Origin: Paraphysomonas bandaiensis
Lineage: Eukaryota > Protista > Chrysophyceae
Reading direction: 5' to 3'
DNA length: 64,000 nucleotides
Assembly (NCBI GenBank): GCA_965644295.1
Contig: CBFFRP010000271.1
Location: forward strand, 65,262-129,261
The notes beneath the pieces are model-generated. The model ran no database searches and was not told the DNA's origin. It worked only from the letters and a program-made list of their open reading frames with translations. Shown piece after piece: positions 61,567 to 64,000 of this stretch. How positions within the stretch are numbered: position 1 is the stretch's first letter; every line of letters starts with the position of its first letter. The position numbers were made by a program, and so were the translations under genes.

Positions 61567-63261
61567 GACATCGAACCTTTTGGATACTACAATATTGTGA
61601 TCTTATTATTGCGCAGAATTATATATATCTATTTGACAAAACGATCTAAACACAGACAATTATCTCTGTGTTGCATATGGCTGAATTCTGAATTACAAGA
61701 ATATTTTAATATCATTCACCATTTACCATGTATGCCAAGTAAACTCAATTATTAATTAATTTTTTTTCATTTCATGTAGCGATATATTTCTGTTCATACA
61801 TTCTATGGTATATAGTACATAGATGAAACATATGGATGGATATAGCACTAGCACAATATACTACAATAAAGCATTACATAGTAGAAATAAGTATTTACTG
61901 GGTTATCACGCTCCAAGGAACATTACATTCACCCTTCGTGAGTGGAGACGTGGATACCATCCCCATTCAGCCACTATGCTAACCAGATCCCGGACTGCAT
62001 AACTTATCTTGCTATGAGGTTTCATACACTCAAAGAAGAAAAGCTATATAGCATTGCTTGCTTCTTTTATACTATTCTGTTTTATTAGTGTGTGTACATT
62101 TCACGATATTCTACGGATAATCAATATAGTTGGGCATTCCCAACATTAAAGAGGAAATGGATATGTAGCATATGGCAGAGCTACATAATGCATACACAAA
62201 CAGATTATGACACAACAATGTATAAGGAACACTGATATAATTCAAACCGTGTAGGATATTAAATGGAATAAACTGTCAATTCCACAATAACATAACATAA
62301 TATAACCTACCACAGTTGTTGAATGACTAATATGGCATTCATCAGAATCTACACGCAATTAGTCCATTTGCTTTTGTATGACTAAGTATAAACATATTAA
62401 AGTTGAAGTGCATATATAATCATATGTAATTCCACTCGCGTAAGCGATGGGTTGTCAAGCTAACCAAGACTCCTCCATACACAACAACTCCTGTTTCTCC
62501 TCTTGTATGTACTCAACCGCTCAGCGACACACGAATCACAAGAGTTCTAATCGCAAGTCGATATTTAATTTACAATGGTAGAGGTTTCAGAGTCAACACG
62601 AGGAGCGAGGGTACTCAGCTGGCTTGTTGTGAGCACTGCATATGCAGTCGCCGTTGTTCTTCGTCCATAAACAACCTCAATAACATGTCAACATCCCTTC
62701 GAGATTGAATTGCACACAACACACTATCACCACACATTAGCTCACCCTGAAGCCACTTTAAGAATGGTGTATGGCCTTATGGGCATATTCAATGCACTCT
62801 TCACTGAGGCTCCGACAGATATCACTGATATGAAAATTTCACTGAAAAAGTCTCGGATTCTGCTGTGAAAATATAAGCCCAACCTGACCAAGAGACAACG
62901 AGGTCATAACCAACAAACATAATGTGCAAAAATACTTACTTTGCTTCCAGCGACATCTCACTGCTGCTGACATGTTGTGCTGTGATCTGTGTCGGAACTT
63001 GTCTTCCAAACAGCACACAGTCTGTGCAGTAGCCGTACCAGAACTCTATACACAGCAGTCTATACCTACAGCCTACAGCGCAGTGTGGGCCAACGGAATA
63101 CTGCCAGTGCACAATGTATACTACGGTCGTACAGCCGGCAGATTCTCGCCATGAAGATATTTTTCTTCGAAGAATATGCGGACATTTCTGATTTTGTCTG
63201 CAAATCCAAATCATCCGTCCATTCCATACATAACTCTTCTCCACAAACACAACTCAAAGCA

Positions 63262-64000
63262 ATGGGAAACTCTTCATCATCAGTCAACTACATGTGGCAA
63301 TACTACGCCAGCCAGAAAACTCCCGCAACTACTACTGTGACAGGAACCACTGGGATAACTGCCCTAGGCGTGGCATCTGATTCACGAATTGCCGTGGCAG
63401 CTCAAAGTATGGCTCAGTTCCTCCATTCAACGATGAGACTAGAATAGACCGCTGTACTGTGGTGGGGTTTCACACTCAATACAAGCCTCTTGTCTCCCTG
63501 CAATCGGAGGATATGGCATTGATGGGCTCCTGCCGACATGCTGCAGAATGGACCAACGACAAAGAGAGCGGTGGTACTCATCTTTGGGACTCTATTGTGG
63601 TCTCAGTCTTGCAACACATCACTACTGCAGACCGATCACGACCGTGGGTGCTGGTGATCGGAACTGGCGAAGTGGTGACAACGGCAGCAAGCAGACTTTG
63701 AAAGATGCCGCCCAGATCCTACAGAGATTCAACGCACCATCTAATAACTTCTGTTTCGTCATTGGGCTCGGATCAGCCTGTCAAGAAACACAGCTAAAGT
63801 CACTCTGCTCTCAAAGTGGGTCTATGCACCTGCCTCGCTCGAGATGCAGGTGCCCTGCATATGATCATGCCTCTCATCGCCCTGCAGGTGGTTCAGGGAG
63901 TCTCCATTGATGTCACAAATCAGCCGCGCAGGAGGTGCTCAGGCGGCGTATGCCCGTGTCCGTGAGACTGTGGGACTGAGACAGAACCCGGTGGACTTTC
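63262..64000 (+). CDS. Permuted-vWA array copy E (scattered indels, probably sequencing error; runs off the window)
   Basis: Same sequence with many small indels that start around 62.1 kb and affect spacer and CDS alike. Confidence 0.55.

Larger units (their letters stand above)
46200..64000 (+). repeat. Tandem array of a ~2466-bp unit, each carrying one permuted-vWA gene; continues past the window end
   Basis: ATGs at 47938, 55864, 58333, 60796 and 63262. Spacings are 2469, 2463 and 2466, and 7926 = 2466 + 5455 (copia) + 5 (TSD). Confidence 0.97.

Noticed and set aside
62100-64000. Apparent pseudogenisation of the last array copy
   Set aside because: Indels rise abruptly in both spacer and CDS near the sequence end, which is typical of low-coverage consensus error.

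Overview
Eukaryotic nuclear DNA, AT-rich, with short (~43-60 nt) GT-AG introns and a TTAGGG-type repeat. It is probably a protist such as a stramenopile, which is an inference. Genes occur as compact divergent pairs separated by transposon-rich tracts: ThrE transporter / Tudor-like; cyclin-Y-like / gamma-carboxylase-like; unknown / CUE-Smr; vWA / Nudix-ankyrin; CAF1 / WW-MyTH4-FERM; Mrr-Myb / inactive UBC12-like. Mobile elements include nested hAT elements with 8-bp TSDs, hAT MITEs, a CACTA MITE and a ~480-bp structured repeat family. There is also one tRNA-Gly. From 46.2 kb to the window end runs a tandem array of a ~2466-bp unit, interrupted once by an intact 5455-bp Ty1/copia element whose LTRs look identical. 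Top findings: (1) the array gene, and a dispersed copy at 28.3-29.0 kb, encodes a myristoylation-motif protein that is a circularly permuted von Willebrand A domain, with the beta1/DxSxS MIDAS strand at the extreme C-terminus. (2) Two ORFs splice into one coiled-coil + Mrr restriction-endonuclease + TRF-like Myb protein. (3) The dispersed repeat begins with an HDV-like ribozyme-type arrangement. All calls are by eye; no searches were run.
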